A stretch of 64,000 nt of DNA from Marsupella aquatica (lineage: Eukaryota; Plantae; Marchantiophyta), in assembly GCA_973895155.1 (NCBI GenBank), contig OZ316891.1, positions 17,792,095 through 17,856,094 of the forward strand. The letters run 5' to 3'. A program made the translations under genes and the position numbers. The first letter of the stretch is position 1. Each line of letters opens with the position of its first letter. The notes below the pieces were generated by a model, which did no database searches, was not told where the DNA came from, and worked only from the letters and a program-made list of their open reading frames with translations. Shown here in pieces: positions 12,623-26,043 of this stretch.

Positions 12623-13667
12623 GAGGGATTTTGAGAAATATACTTAGTGGACCCTCCAAACTAAAATTTTACTCCTGATTGGCTAAAAGATATATTTTCT
12701 CTCCATGTACTGTCAAAAGTTCTTATAATCCAAGAAAACCATTGTAAACATAGGGTGTTCTGCAATTGTTGGGTGTCTGACCAGGTCGCCAAATGCATTT
12801 GACTATGAGCGTAGTGTCAAGTGAACCGTTTGCTATATATGTGGGTGCACCACAATACAGAGTGTTGCAGTTAGAATATTTATGCGTCGACAAAAATGTA
12901 TACACATAGTTAGAGGACTAGTGTTTAGGGCAAACTGCAATGTAAGCACATAAAATCAAATTGGATCAATGCATATGTTGAATCAAATAGAACAATAGGA
13001 AACATGCCGCACAAGAAAATGTTAAGAATGAACCTAAACACAGTGAAAAGAAAACAGGTTCTTAACAAGTTTCATGAGGGGTGGCCACACATGAATTTTT
13101 ACAAACTCCCTTGACAGTTTGTATAATATTCACATTGTACTAAAAAAAGCAGTGAGGTTGGGGTACTACGGTGCTTGTGTGTTGCAATGCGGGCCATAAA
13201 CTCTTTCCCTTGTAGTCTAGATTTGTAGCAGTGTATTCAACTAACTTGGGAGAGGGAGTTCTAATGCTTGGGTGCGCCGATGCGGCCATAAGTCGGATCC
13301 TTCATTTGTAATTTGAATACAATAGTCACAATGTACTCAACCAAGCTAGGAGGCTGCGGCGCTACAGCACTTGGGTGTTCCATTGCGACCAGGAGCTACG
13401 GCACTTGCGTGATCCATGCTCTACACAGTTCCCTTTTGACATTACTACACAAGACCAACCACAATCAATGTTATCAGGTAGTATAGTCAGCTTAAAGTTT
13501 GTGATAAACCCTGTCTCAAGAACATTGTTGTATGGAGTGGGCCTGGAGGTCCATTGAGAGAAAATCTGAAATCTTTGGGTCCACTAGGAGAGAATCTCCA
13601 TTATTTGGTCCGTTTCAGAAGAAGTTTTGTTTGGAGTTCCACTAATTATATATCTTGAGTGATTTTC
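12623..13667. mobile_element. Old non-autonomous TIR element (MULE/MITE-like), degenerate terminal inverted repeats
   Basis: 12632-12670 (gagaaatatacttagtggaccctccaaactaaaatttt) is the approximate reverse complement of 13620-13660 (aagttttgtttggagttccactaattatatatcttga). No clear TSD. Confidence 0.45.
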
Positions 13668-15210
13668 ATTACATTTGAAGTCTGAAACTTTATTTAAAAA
13701 TTCAAAATAGAAAGAGGAGAAGTTTGAGTTGGACATACGCTGTACAATCTTTAGCTATTATAGCCACTCTACTGTAGTTGAATTTTGTGTAATGCAATGA
13801 ACTATAAGGAAACTTAATTAAGGGTCAGTTTAGGCACTAAACCTTGAGCAATGACTTTCTGAGACCAACTGTATATTCATGCCATTTAAGAATGAGCACA
13901 AAAACCATCTTAGATACGATTCTACTAACCATGGATGGATATTGTGAGGGCAGCTTGACTTTCCAGTTGATTTAGAGATGGGAGTTCAGCTATGATGACA
14001 GCTATTAAAAAACTAAACAAAAACAGGAGAAATAATTAGAGTTTCTTGTTTCCATTTATCTTGGAATTGCCGTTGGCTTTTGTCCCTCTCGAACCCATTG
14101 GGGGTTTTCTAGTTGAAGAGGAAGATGCCATAAAGTGTTGTGTTTGGCTCAAAACCTTACTTCCCCCAACATTTAATGATGGGGTGACCCAGGAAAACAG
14201 AGGGTGTGATACTTTTTGATTGTCAAGACTAGTGTAGCCTGTGTGAGTAGGCATAATGGTTGGATGTGAGGTTTGAAGGGGCTTTATGACATCTAGGGAG
14301 GCTGAATAGTGGACTTCATTTCATATTGTATCATACGTGTTATATTTCAAAAAGTGCAATTTTCACAACATTAGCTTTGAGCTACCTTGAATGATTTGCT
14401 GCTACTTCAAATCAATAGTAGTTGCTGCTGCTTGGTGCTGTCTAATTCACTTGCAATTTTGAGATTACAGAGTTTGTTTTTGTTCAGCTGGTGATAAATT
14501 TCATTATGATCGACTGTTAGAAATTCCAGCTCCGTGTCCAGTGGGATTCCAGATTTTGTTTTGGTTGGCTGTGGCTAATTTTGTTCTAGTTGACATGTCT
14601 CACTCCTGTGTGTGTATTTATGTACATGCTCAACTCACCTCAATCAGTTTTGGTGAGTTAACAGTTCTCAGGGGAGTTTTCATGGTTACTCCTTAATGGG
14701 CTTAACTCACCCAACTCTTCTGAGTTTCACCCTGCACAGTTATTCTATTTATAACAATAGTGATCTACAATAATTAAATTTCTAAAAACATGGGAGTTGA
14801 AGCTCTGTATGACAATGGAATGCTTTATAGAGCAGTAGCTTGGGGCCAGGTCAAGTTGGGTGTCCGAAAGGAGTAAACTCCCCTCCCATCTATCTACATT
14901 GATTACCGTAATTAGTATCACACACAGTATTTACGAACAAAGGTTTCTGAAGGATGTCACCATAATTAATGTGTGTGAGACTATATTAGAAGTGAGAGTA
15001 AATACATGTTATTCTAAATTAAAGTAAGGGAGATTATTTTTGGTGACCCACAAATAGTGTGTGATGAACACTCAATTAATGTGTGTAACTTATGCATTTT
15101 TCCAGCCAGTAAGATGTATTTGCAATGACATATAAAATCAAAACAATATTTATTAAAATCAGGTTAGGAATACAATCAAAATCACACTATGACAATTGAC
15201 TAAACTCCCT

Positions 15211-17274
15211 ACTCATATTACTATAATCCAAGTGTACTCCAATCCATTTCCAGATCCAGAATTGTCATGTCCAGATTCATCATCTTGTGATCCTACATCA
15301 TTGCCTTTAAACTCAGAATCTACAGGCGGTTGCTCTTCAAAATCAGTACTACTAATCTGTGGTGAAATTACAGGAACAATGTCAATCTATGTATCTTGAT
15401 CAGGTACATGTCCCATAGAAGGCACAGATGTGCCTTCAAAATGAATTCTGTATTTTAGAATCACATTTTGAAGATCTGGATTCAATTGTTGTTCATGCCA
15501 CACTCCATTGATATCAAGGGAAAGACCACAACGAATCATAGCCTTCCTTGCATACGTTATCCCAGTGTGTTTGTCTCATTGTTGATTGACCTTCTGTATA
15601 GATGCTGCAGCAAGCTTTAAGAAAAATTGTTTGCCAGGATTCTTCATTGCTTCAGAATTCTGCCCACTGCTTCGACCAGAATTTTGAAATCCATTTTCAC
15701 TCATGATCGTCTTCAACTTGTGCTTCTCCCAGGCATCTGTCCACGCATCCTTCACAACTACATTTTGAAGGCGTTTCTCGACCTATTGAGCGTCGTAAAA
15801 TTCTTGTTTTTGAGGGTTGCGCGTCACAAGATTCTACAATGTGGAATAGGAGGTAAAAGGGGTCCGTTATTTGCAGCGTGTAAAGCGACGTTCTACTTAA
15901 AGTCGTCTGAGTTGCTTGATCTTGGAGATCACAAACGAATCACAAGGTTGCATCTTATTAGTGGAGCATGGAGGTAAATTGTGTATGGTAGCATTCAATC
16001 TCTGCAGCGTTGTGAAAGAGGCTTCTGTGTAGTCATGGCCCTTGAAATTGTTGACAAAAATCACTCTTGTTTGCCCGCCTTGAAGATTGGTGACTTGGCA
16101 GCGCGGTTCATTCAACCATTGATTCCAGACAGCTCTCGTCACGAAACCATTCTTTGCAGATCTGTACGCAACACCAGAAATTGTATCCTCCACATTCCTA
16201 ATAGGATAAGAGCAACGATCATTCTGGAAAATAATCATAGGAACCTCTATGATAGTCGAGACCCTCTAGTGAGCCATACGATCATGGTCATGCTGTGCCC
16301 ACCAGAAACTACATCTGCATACTTGACATTGTCATCACCATGAAATCCCAATGTCTTGCCATTGTCAAAGTTGACAATGAAATGAGTTTTGTCAACATTT
16401 TCAACAAAATCTTCATTCAAGGTCCCTACTTCAAACTCTCTCTTGAGTTGTCCCAAATGGAAAGCGATCTCTTTATCTATGTGCTCTTGCTTCTCTGCAC
16501 TCACCATCAATTTCCCTGTTTGTGCTCAGCCAACAATGTTACACTTCCCCATATTAATCTCTGAATCCAGCAAAGTGTAATCTTTTATGAGATAAGAATC
16601 CCTCCTAACAAAAATGTTGAAGAGAATTGCGAATGAGTTTAGGGTTTAGCAATTCTCTTCAACATTTTGTCAAGCACTTGCTTTGCCAACTGCTGCAAAA
16701 GCTTCGGTGAAAATTTCACTCACTGCCTTTCGTAATTGATTGAACTCGTCCACCATAGACTGGTACAACCACGTAACCCAATCCTCTCTCTTCCTGCCTT
16801 GACCTTCTCTTGCCTTCCGCAACATCTTTCAAATGATTCCATCTTGACGGACATTGATGGATATGTCCATCTCTTTGTTGATTTGCAACCAAATTGCTTG
16901 ATTCTTCCACCAATCCGCAGCCTTCTTGAGATTTGCATTCTCACTACCTCGAAATAATGCTGTGAACTCCTTAACAGTCTTTGGACACAGTCCAACTTGG
17001 CCATTTTCTTCTCTGTCTTGCCTCATCCATGAAACTACATTCTTATGATCTTGCATGGTCACGACGTACTGAGTTGCTCTCTTACGCTTTGTCTGCACAG
17101 TTTCTGTACGTGCAGCTGATCGATCTAGAGAAAGAGCTTGAGTAATGAGTTTTCTAGAACATCTTCGACAAGCACTGCAGGTTGTGATGAAACTCTAGTC
17201 TTCCTTGTATTCCTCATTCTAAGTCGAGATCGAGCAAATGCGGATATTAGGGGCGATGCAGAATGGAAATCCAT
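15211..17274 (-). pseudogene. pogo/DDE_1-type transposase pseudogene
   Basis: Fragments in different frames: ENVDKTHFIVNFDNGKTLGF..KYADVVSGG (N-x-DET motif), VIFVNNFKGH (DN..GH motif) and LPPCSTNKMQPCD (QPxD motif). Many stops and frameshifts. Confidence 0.85.
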
Positions 17275-17407
17275 TGTGGAGAATGCTGCGATTCAGAAAC
17301 TCGAGAAAACACAAAGAAATTTGGCGAGAATGTTACGAGATTGGTAAATGAGTTTTGTGAAGTGTTTAGGTCATGGATAGGGCCGGCCAAGGGCTGGGAG
17401 CGTTGAG

Positions 17408-17491
17408 GGGATTGTAGGGCAGAAGTTAAGCAAGAAGTTAGGCAAAGTCGGGATTGTAGGGCAGAAGTTAAGCAAGAAGTTAGGCAAAGTC
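17408..17491. repeat. 42-bp perfect tandem duplication
   Basis: gggattgtagggcagaagttaagcaagaagttaggcaaagtc starts at 17408 and 17450. Confidence 0.95.
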
Positions 17492-18299
17492 GTGGTTAGG
17501 AGTTTGGCCCTAAGTTCGACCCTGGATTTGTAAAAGTCATCCATCAGTTTTAAAAGAAACATTCCTTGATACTCTCCCACGATAACAAAAATGGTTGTCT
17601 TAAGTAGTGTACTCTAGTGATATTTTTAATTAATGTATAGGAGATTAATAAGGAACTTAATTTTTATATTTTTGTGAGATTTATACTCACACCCTTAATA
17701 GTACACTTAATAGTGTGAAACTATTTATGAACGGAGAATAAATAAATTACTATACTAATTACGAATAAACAGTGTAGTGATAATAATAAGTTCAAGACGA
17801 TTGTAATGCGCGAAGCAATGATTTTTTCGAGTAGTTTTCAGTCGAAATTGATATGCAGAAAATCTTGTCCGCGTGAAAGAAAGAATGAGAACTCCGGGAA
17901 GGGTAGGGCGATCTGTGTGATGTGGGGCGGGCAGTGCTTGCATCCGTGCGTCTTGGAGACCGGTGAACGAGATTATCGCAAATGCTTGCAATCATGGTAG
18001 CCTCGGGTCTGCAGGAAGAACGCAGTTGAAGGAAGGGTGCGCTGGAGCAGCACTGCAGCCTTGGCAGGAGCAGCTCGTGACTGAGTGAGGAGTGACAAAA
18101 AATTGGAAGACGTGCCGAATTGCCGGTGAAAATCAAGCGAGTCACTGGCTCACGGCCCGGATGTTTGTCTGTCTGTCTGCCTCCGTGTCTGGAAGTCCGT
18201 CAGTGCTGGTCTGGAGCTCGTGAAACGGACCGTTGCTGCATGAGGTGAATCGTTGGACTAAGAAGGATGACTTTAGCTTACAATGAGAGGGAAAACGGT

Positions 18300-18813
18300 C
18301 CCTGCTGGTAATCACACATCAAAATGTGGCTGCATTCATTGATTGAAAGGAAAAACCTACGATTATCACGGTATGCATGGGTGTCATACATCATATATGT
18401 TATATTTTGATGTGCAGTTATCGAGACCCTAAAACGATTTGGTATGCACGGGTGTCATACATCATATATGTTATATTTTGATGTGCAGTTATCGAGACCC
18501 GAAAACGATTTGCAGTAGCAGAGCATGATCGAGCTTGGACTTTAACAAACTCTTCTCCGAGACAAAGGATTAGTACGATTGGGGGCATTAAGTGTCCTCG
18601 ATCTTGCGTCTCGTGCTTAATTCTCCTCTCCTCGGTGTCCTCCGTGCCGATGTACGCGTCAGTACCGATAATGGCATGCCTTCCCCTGCTGGTAATCACA
18701 CATCAAAATGTGGCTGCATTCATTGATTGAAAGGAAAAAATTAGTATTATCACTGTATGCAAGGGTGTCGCATATAATATATGTCATATTTTGATGTGCA
18801 GTTACTGAGACCC
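18300..18813. repeat. Local direct repeats (~130-bp unit twice plus a partial third copy)
   Basis: cctgctggtaatcacacatcaaaatgtggctgc...tattttgatgtgcagtta..gagaccc at ~18300-18429 and ~18685-18813. The 3' 60 bp is also repeated at 18441-18500. Confidence 0.9.
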
Positions 18814-21488
18814 CATGCCTTCGGATGGTTTTCTTTGCACGAATCAGTGAATCAGTCTAGCTATTCCCACTAGTGCTCCTTCACTAACACCGGCTGCCGC
18901 CCCCCCCCCCTCTCCAACTTGAGTTGACGATGGAATACATTATAAGCTGTACCATAATTTGCTCCTCATTTCAAACGAAACAAATCCAGCAGAGGCAACC
19001 ACTACAGTACATAATTACTGTACCAGTGGTTCAGATGATCACATGGTTTCAGGTTCACATGGTTTCGGGTGCTGGGTACATCATTCTGTCTACCTTGAAT
19101 TATTAATAGAACCAATGATCCTAACAAGCGGCGTGCTAGGTATTTACATTGGAGTACAGTATGACTGTTGGACTCCCAATGTCAATTTCGTGCAAGGACA
19201 GACACGATAGGAGCCAGTTTAGTGAACGTCTCTCCAATTCGGTACCCTGTTTTTTTGTTTTTTTGGGCCTCAGGGGCATCTCAATTCATTTCAGGGTTCA
19301 ATAATGGCGAGGGCTTCCCAGTTTCGACTTCCAAGTGAATGCACGAAGAACCAAAGAACTACGACACGGAACCGAAGTACTAGGAGTCCACATGACTGTC
19401 AGGGGGCCATTTCTCCAGCCGAATTGTGTCACCGACATAACCTTTCCCGTCCCGTCGCAGGGCAGTATAGGATTTCTATCCACATTGTAGTAGAATATGC
19501 AACTTGACCAAATGCAACTCTTGCCATACCACACAAGGAATGTAGCCGTTGGCTTGGGAGTTGGGACCCAGAGCTAGAAGCAAGGCAAGACTCGTTCACT
19601 TACAGTACCAGTAGCAGATGGCTTGTCGTGGACGGTCATGGATAGTAACTTCGTTCACTCGAGCTCAGCTCCAAGACCCACTGAGTTGACAGAAGTCCAG
19701 TCCACAAGTATCCAATCCAGTTAGAACAGACACGAGCGTCCAAAACGGATGTAGTTACCCATCAAGTCAAAGCTCGCTACAGAACTTGCGAAATTGGGAC
19801 GACAGCCGGTACTGTCAGATGAGGAGGTGCCATTGTGGGGCCGACAAGGTTGCCGCAGTCACGCTGTGAGTCGTCTGTCACGGGAGTGTCAGGTCATTTA
19901 AAAGACGACTGTCCTGCAAAAGGACTAGAGGAGGTGACGGTTTACTGTACAAAATACGTACAAGCAAGCACCTTCAATCCTGCGCTCAAATCCTCGTTCC
20001 CTCCCTCGCTCCCTCTACTCTCAACTATATGAAGTATGAACCCCCGTACCCCCTCTTTGATAAACGGCGACACCTCACATGTTTTGTTACTGGAGATGAT
20101 GGGGCAAACCAACGCACACTTTTGCTGGTTTACTGTAATTAGATCCGGCTGACAGAATTCCACCTCAGCCCATGCATCTCGACCCCGATCTCGACGAGTG
20201 AGAGCGTGCGACGAATGTGAAATGAAGGCTGGCTTTGAGCAAAATCATGAGCAGTAGCTGTGGTTTTCGCCAGTTCCGGTGAATCCTCCTCAGCACCTCA
20301 ACAATCCCAAATGAGGCGAAACAGTTTGCATCTGGATCTGGTGCCGTTGGTCTGGCGGCTGAATGGATACAGTATAATTAATTATCGTCTCATGTCCTGT
20401 CGAGAAGACAGCCCAATTTCCTGTAGTCTAGACGTCTACTCGTCTAGTCCAGTCTAGTCCAGTCAGCAGGGACAGGTGCGCGCGGCGCTCGAGATGGTCT
20501 TCGTCGATTATGGTCGCCACAGTCAGAGCATCATCATATACATCTCATTCGCAGGCGAGGATATCAGGATATGGGACCCAAGGACAGACGATAAATATAG
20601 AGTGCCGCCATTTGTCGCTGGTCCATGACTGTTCTCCATCATATTGTGCACTGTACTGTTTGAATCAAGACTCCACGATAATCTTCAGCACGATAAACTC
20701 GCATTCGGAGGAGAAAACCTTTTCTCTGAGCTGCTCAACTCAGTTGAGCCTGCGGCCTCCGATCAACCGTTAAAACCGTTGAAAGCAAAGTGGCGGACGG
20801 GCGAGTATAGTCGTATAGACGCCACTGCTGCCGTAGAAACTCAATGAATCGATATATGACATATATCAGGGTACGGTTCAGCAACGTCAATCGAAACCAT
20901 TGCTGCCTCCCGCGCCATTCCTAGCCTGCAAACATAATTGGCTCAGTGTTTCCTGTAGTTTGCAGTGTGATTGCTAGCTAGTCGTAGAAGCTTTTGAATC
21001 GATCGCATTCTGCCATTGTAGAAGATAGCGATTCACTTGACAGCGGTAAAAGTTGCCGACTTGTCTGAGGTCTCCCATTGTTAATGTTTGCGAATTACAA
21101 TCTGTGGATCAAGTACTTGAGGAAGTGATCGGACAAAACGGCCCAATTTTCATCTCGCCATGTGACCGTTGTCGAGGGAGAGAGAGGAGAGACTCAGCTT
21201 CTTTCAAAGTGAGTCTCACAGCGTTTCAGTTCAGTGTAGGCGAACTGCACTGCCTAGTTCTCTTCTGGCCTTCTGCAGGGCTATATATAGCAAGCTAAAC
21301 CTAACGGGTAGCAGAGCTGAGCTGGGAATTGAGCGGGCGTTTTCGAAAGGGCATCGAAGTTCAGTCCAGTCGGTCCAATGTGACCGATAGACTGTATGTC
21401 TAAAAGACATGGCAGGCTCAACAGATTCAATTGGCATGTCGTCGTGCAGACTGCTTCACCTGTTACCAGCCGATCAAGCTTCCTACCC

Positions 21489-21738
21489 GGACTTCTCCGG
21501 ATTTTCATCTAGCAGGTGAATGGTATTGGAAGGCTGAAGTTTTTATGGACTCGATGTGACAACAAATCCCATTGAGTTGGAATCACTCCGATCATGATCA
21601 TTTACAGTATGTAAACAGGACTTCAGGATTTTCATCTAGTAGGTGAAAGGTATCGGGTGGCTGAAGTCTTTATGGAGTCGATGTGACAAGCAAATACCAC
21701 TGAGTTGGAATTACTTCTGTCATATACAGCATGTAACG
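21489..21738. repeat. ~130-bp degenerate tandem duplication
   Basis: ggattttcatctag(c/t)aggtgaa...gactcgatgtgacaa...gagttggaat occurs twice. Confidence 0.85.
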
Positions 21739-22699
21739 TAGATCATGCTAGAAAGGAGCAAAAATCAATTCCATCCGACCTATTAGATGAAATACTAAAA
21801 CATCTTGTTGTGTGTCCCTTTAGAGATATACACTATTGACTATACCAATGCAAATGCGTAGAAACGCTATTCACAGTGCAGAGTTCAGTCAGAATGTGCA
21901 AAGACAGAAGGAATCATGTGGAATGCAAGAGATCGACGGAAGATTTGCAAGACTCACAAATGCGGGCACTACAAAAGCAGCTACGGCTGGAATGAAAAGC
22001 TTAGAAATTGGATGAGTAACTCTACATGTTTATCTAGACATACAATTGAAATGTTAAATTACCACAATTTAAAATAACAATGACCTTCAAACTTGGCACC
22101 GTATAACATTTCAGAACTAGACGACTGTCGGTTTAAACCACAACTAAGTGATATACTCCGGGTGACCCGGAGCTGGCATACCACCACTGGTCATTGAAAC
22201 CGACATTCGGAAGGATCCAAGAAACAGTTACTTCCAATTTGAAATATCACACCGCAAGGGCTTCAAAGAGCAATCGCGCAGGTCAAGAATTAGCGCATCA
22301 CCTCTCAATATTGACTCGCTGTAAAGAGATTGCGAGCAAAAATAACGAAATAGAGCAGCGGAGCGTGGACAACGGAAAGCAAGAGGGATCTAGTGAAGTT
22401 CATTGGTCAGGCTCTTCAAATTAAAGTCGTCCCTTTACAGCCGAAGAAGTAGTCAATTTTCTCATTTGAAAGCTTGCATTGTTAGTGTGTTTAATTGCTT
22501 TAGGGCACGACTCTATGTAGGCGTTCCCTCCTCATGCAACGCTATCAGCCTCCTGAATGATGACTGCTAGCATGACTGGTGGGTGAAAGGACCGTGAGGG
22601 TTAACAGGCATCGATGTAGTATCAGATTGCCATGACAGACAACACGCACGGAACTTAATATCAGGCTTCTCACAGTAAAGAATGGATGATTTCAAGACT

Positions 22700-23125
22700 A
22701 TCCCCTGATGGAGTGCGATGTGCTGCTTTTGATTTCAAGGTTTCTTAAATAGTTGGTTTTTGGCAGTAACACGTGGAGGGTCTGGGAAGAATCACGAAGG
22801 AAGAACTCTTTATGAATGAATACCAGACAACTCCCTGATCGAAAGTGACCAGCTGCTTTTGATTTTGTGTATACAAAGTGGTTTGATGGTTTACTACATG
22901 AGGGAGAGGTTTGGGCCAGAGGCCTGAAGCACGAGGACTGTATGCATGAGAAACAGACCATCCCCTGATGGATTGTGACGTGCTGCTTTTGATTTCAAGG
23001 AGCTCCCACAAATGATTTGATGGCCTCTAGAGCAAGGTTCTGGCACTCATGAATCAAGCTCCTTACACATGATTTTCAGTCCATCCCCGATAGGCTGTGC
23101 CCTGCTGCTTTTGATTTCAAGGAGC
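22700..23125. repeat. Degenerate tandem array, ~125-130-bp unit x4
   Basis: Core (a)tccc(c)tgat.g....g...(t)gctgcttttgattt at ~22700, 22832, 22959 and 23083. Confidence 0.85.
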
Positions 23126-24513
23126 TGCTTTTAAAAAATTGGATTGATGGCCTATACACGAGGAGATTCCGGGCGGTCATGAAGTAAGAGCACTGGCCAT
23201 TCACAAAATTTACACAAGGGGCGCTTACCTTAGTTACTGCACCTTTATTGAAGGTGCAAAGTGATTTATTTCTTGCTAGTCAAGCTCACAAGTTAGGATC
23301 ATTGAACATCACTTGTTATCTTCTCCATGAAGCTTTCTTGCCATCTGATTCTGAGATCAGATCTATCTGTCCCCTGCACTTCAGTCCTGAATCTAACGCC
23401 AGAATGATTGTAGTGGCTCAGTTCAAATCTCAGAGGAGGCTGTCGATAACGTCTGATCCGCATCTGCTCTCAATGTAATCATTAGAACGACTTTGCTCTC
23501 TGTTCTTGTTTCTTGAATACTGAAAGAGTCGAGTTGAGTATCATTCGGTTGACGAGCATACTTTGGTAGCTCTGATGTCTCTTCAAATACTGTCGCCTTC
23601 AAGTCTTTGCCTTGCATGTGAAGGCTTTCTGCAGCTCGATTTGGAAACTCTGATTTTGAACGTCTACGATTGTTTTAAAGTCCAGATTTTGGTGGGAGAA
23701 GGAACAAACTCCACTCACGCCTTCAATTACATCTTTGAAGTGAAACAACATAAGTGTTTTCCATTCGACAAAGCAAGACGGGTAAAAGTGCTATCCATGG
23801 ATGCCATACTCCAGTCTTCACAAGATTCCTTTTTCTCTTCAATATTGGAGAAGGTACCTGCAGACTACCGAACGTCAATCGCGTCTCCATAACATCAATG
23901 CTAAACAAACTCGGCCCAAAAGTCTCCCATAAGCGAGAATCTTGTATGGGTAGTGAATGCACTTTGAACTCCATCGCCAGCATAATCAGGAACTTTAGAA
24001 CTTGTAACTAATAAGCCAAGATCAGTGAGCCACATCTGGATCGCCCAGGCGACTGCCCAGCATAAGTGCTTGGACTGCCACATTAGCACACCAACTCGGC
24101 ATTGTAAGATAAGAGAACCTAAGAATCTTCAGGTAGTAAATTCTCTGTACATCCAAGACCACCTTATCACTATTGGTCCTCAAGGACAGGCCAGTACGGA
24201 AGCAACATATTCCACTCTGGCTTAGGTTCAAAGGTTAAGTCCCAGAGCATATTTGACATCATTGATTTCCTTTAAAAGTCATTGGATTTTAGACCAAGGA
24301 AACATCATGACGACACAGGCTCGTCTTCTCAAGTCATGTTTTGTGATCAGTCTTGATGAATTCAAGAAATTGACCCATTTTTCCAGCTCTCCCACTGCCT
24401 GAATTTATCAAGGATTTAAGTCTTTCCATTTTTCCCTACGAGAGCATCAATGTGACCTTGATAAGTGAGTGTCAACAAAAACGTGAACGTGTACAGCATC
24501 ATTGGTTTATATT

Positions 24514-26043
24514 TTAATAGTCGACAAAGACTGTCTTCACTCCACCTGCTCAATCGTGCCACAAAGTTTGATGTTTAGCCAAAGCTTTTCCTCTCAAATT
24601 GATGAGATACCATTGATGAGATTCTATAACCGACATTCTAGACACTTCAGTGAGATAGGATTAGAAAATACCAGATCCAGACACCAAAGGACTCACCTTC
24701 TACTTGTTCGGTTATTACTTCTCGCACATGTTCAGAATCCAAGTAGTACTCAAATCTGCATGGACAGGAGTTCTTAGTGTGGGGCTACGAAGGGAAAGCA
24801 CAAGCATCAACCTACTGTTTAAGCTACTCCCCTGTGGTTTTGGTTTTGCCACGAGAACAAGATGTTTAAGTCTGGAAACTTCCAACAGGTTTACGAAAAG
24901 GGAGTTCAAACTAGCGACAAAGACATACTTATCCCCGAATTGAACTTCCATAGGCTCTCCAGTCGAGGATGCTTTTTTGCTGGCCTCAACAAGCACTGTT
25001 ACGATTTCGTTCTTTCGAGTGCTGGCAAGCAGAGTATCATACTCTGAAGGGACTATGATAGCAAAAAAATTGTCACTCTGTTCACTTAAAGAGACTTTGG
25101 TAATCGACTGAATCGATATACGCCTTTTCAAGTTGTAGAACTGTGTCTCTAAAATGTACACAGCCATATCTGTGATCAACAAAAGGCGTCTCAGAAGCCT
25201 GCGCCTCCTCGACACCTTCACCAAATTCTCTGCATATAGCACTTCTCGATCACCTGTCACATCCTTTTTGTTAGGCCTTATTGAGAAGCAAAAAGAACAT
25301 GGCCCATTGGTCCACGAACGGAAAACCTTGTCGAATACACTGTGAGAGGTTTTAAAAGTCCAAACTGGGAGCCCAAAGCCCCCAAAAGAATAGTTAGGTG
25401 AATGTATTGAGGACAAAGTCAAGTCCACAAATAGAGATTTAGATCGACAAGAAGACGCAGGTCATGCTGTAGGAATGGGGAGACAGCAACAGTGGTTTTG
25501 AAATACAGAAGCTGCAAACGTTCTCAAGAGGCCATTATGTGAGGTACAACCGTCCGACCTCCATAAAAGTATGTACGAATTCCTCAGGAGACCTCATCTA
25601 GACATTAGAAGACAATAAGCAACCGAGTTGGGTTTGAGAAAGTCACCCGTTGATGATATCAGCATGTGAATGAAAAGGCTTTATGTCACCAAACGAGAGT
25701 AAAGGCAAAGACAATATGAAACCAATGTTACAGCAAACCGATAATATGCGCTCGTAGATATATTCCCTGACGTGGAGAGAGAGAACGACAGACCTTGCTT
25801 CATCAGTAGTTTCTGGATGCGATCGTTGGAGGAAACGTCCAGATAATCTCCTTTGTAGTGGCGATACATGGAGGAACGACGCCGCATCTTCACTCCCATG
25901 AAAGGTTCTTGTTCGTCGGTCGACTGGATGCTGGATTGCGGTTTTAACATTCCAGGGCTCTCGTCCTCATCTCTGTCCTGCTCTGCGTACTCTGCTCCCT
26001 GAAAATGCGCTCTTCGAGCTGCAGTGCCTTCATTCCCGGCCAT
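24514..26043 (-). CDS. Stand-alone class-I myosin tail homology 1 (Myosin_TH1, PH-like) domain protein, 4 exons, ~221 aa
   Basis: Exons 26043-25794, 25253-24929, 24755-24697, 24545-24514, with GT-AG introns and consistent phases (666 nt). Motifs RRRSSMYRHYKGDYLDV, RRLLLITDMAVY, LKRRISIQSITKVSLSEQSDNFFAIIVPSEYDTLL and RKNEIVTVL are typical of TH1. Confidence 0.92.

Larger units (their letters stand above)
14904..17765 (-). mobile_element. Decayed pogo-like (Tc1/mariner superfamily, DDE_1) DNA transposon
   Basis: Contains a frameshifted transposase. The left end TA-CCGTAATTAGTATCACAC (14904) has an inverted match ATACTAATTACG at 17752-17763. Confidence 0.75.

Noticed and set aside
21246-21270. 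miR408-like sequence tgcactgcct...
   Set aside because: Only the first 10 nt match the mature miRNA, and I saw no complementary star arm.
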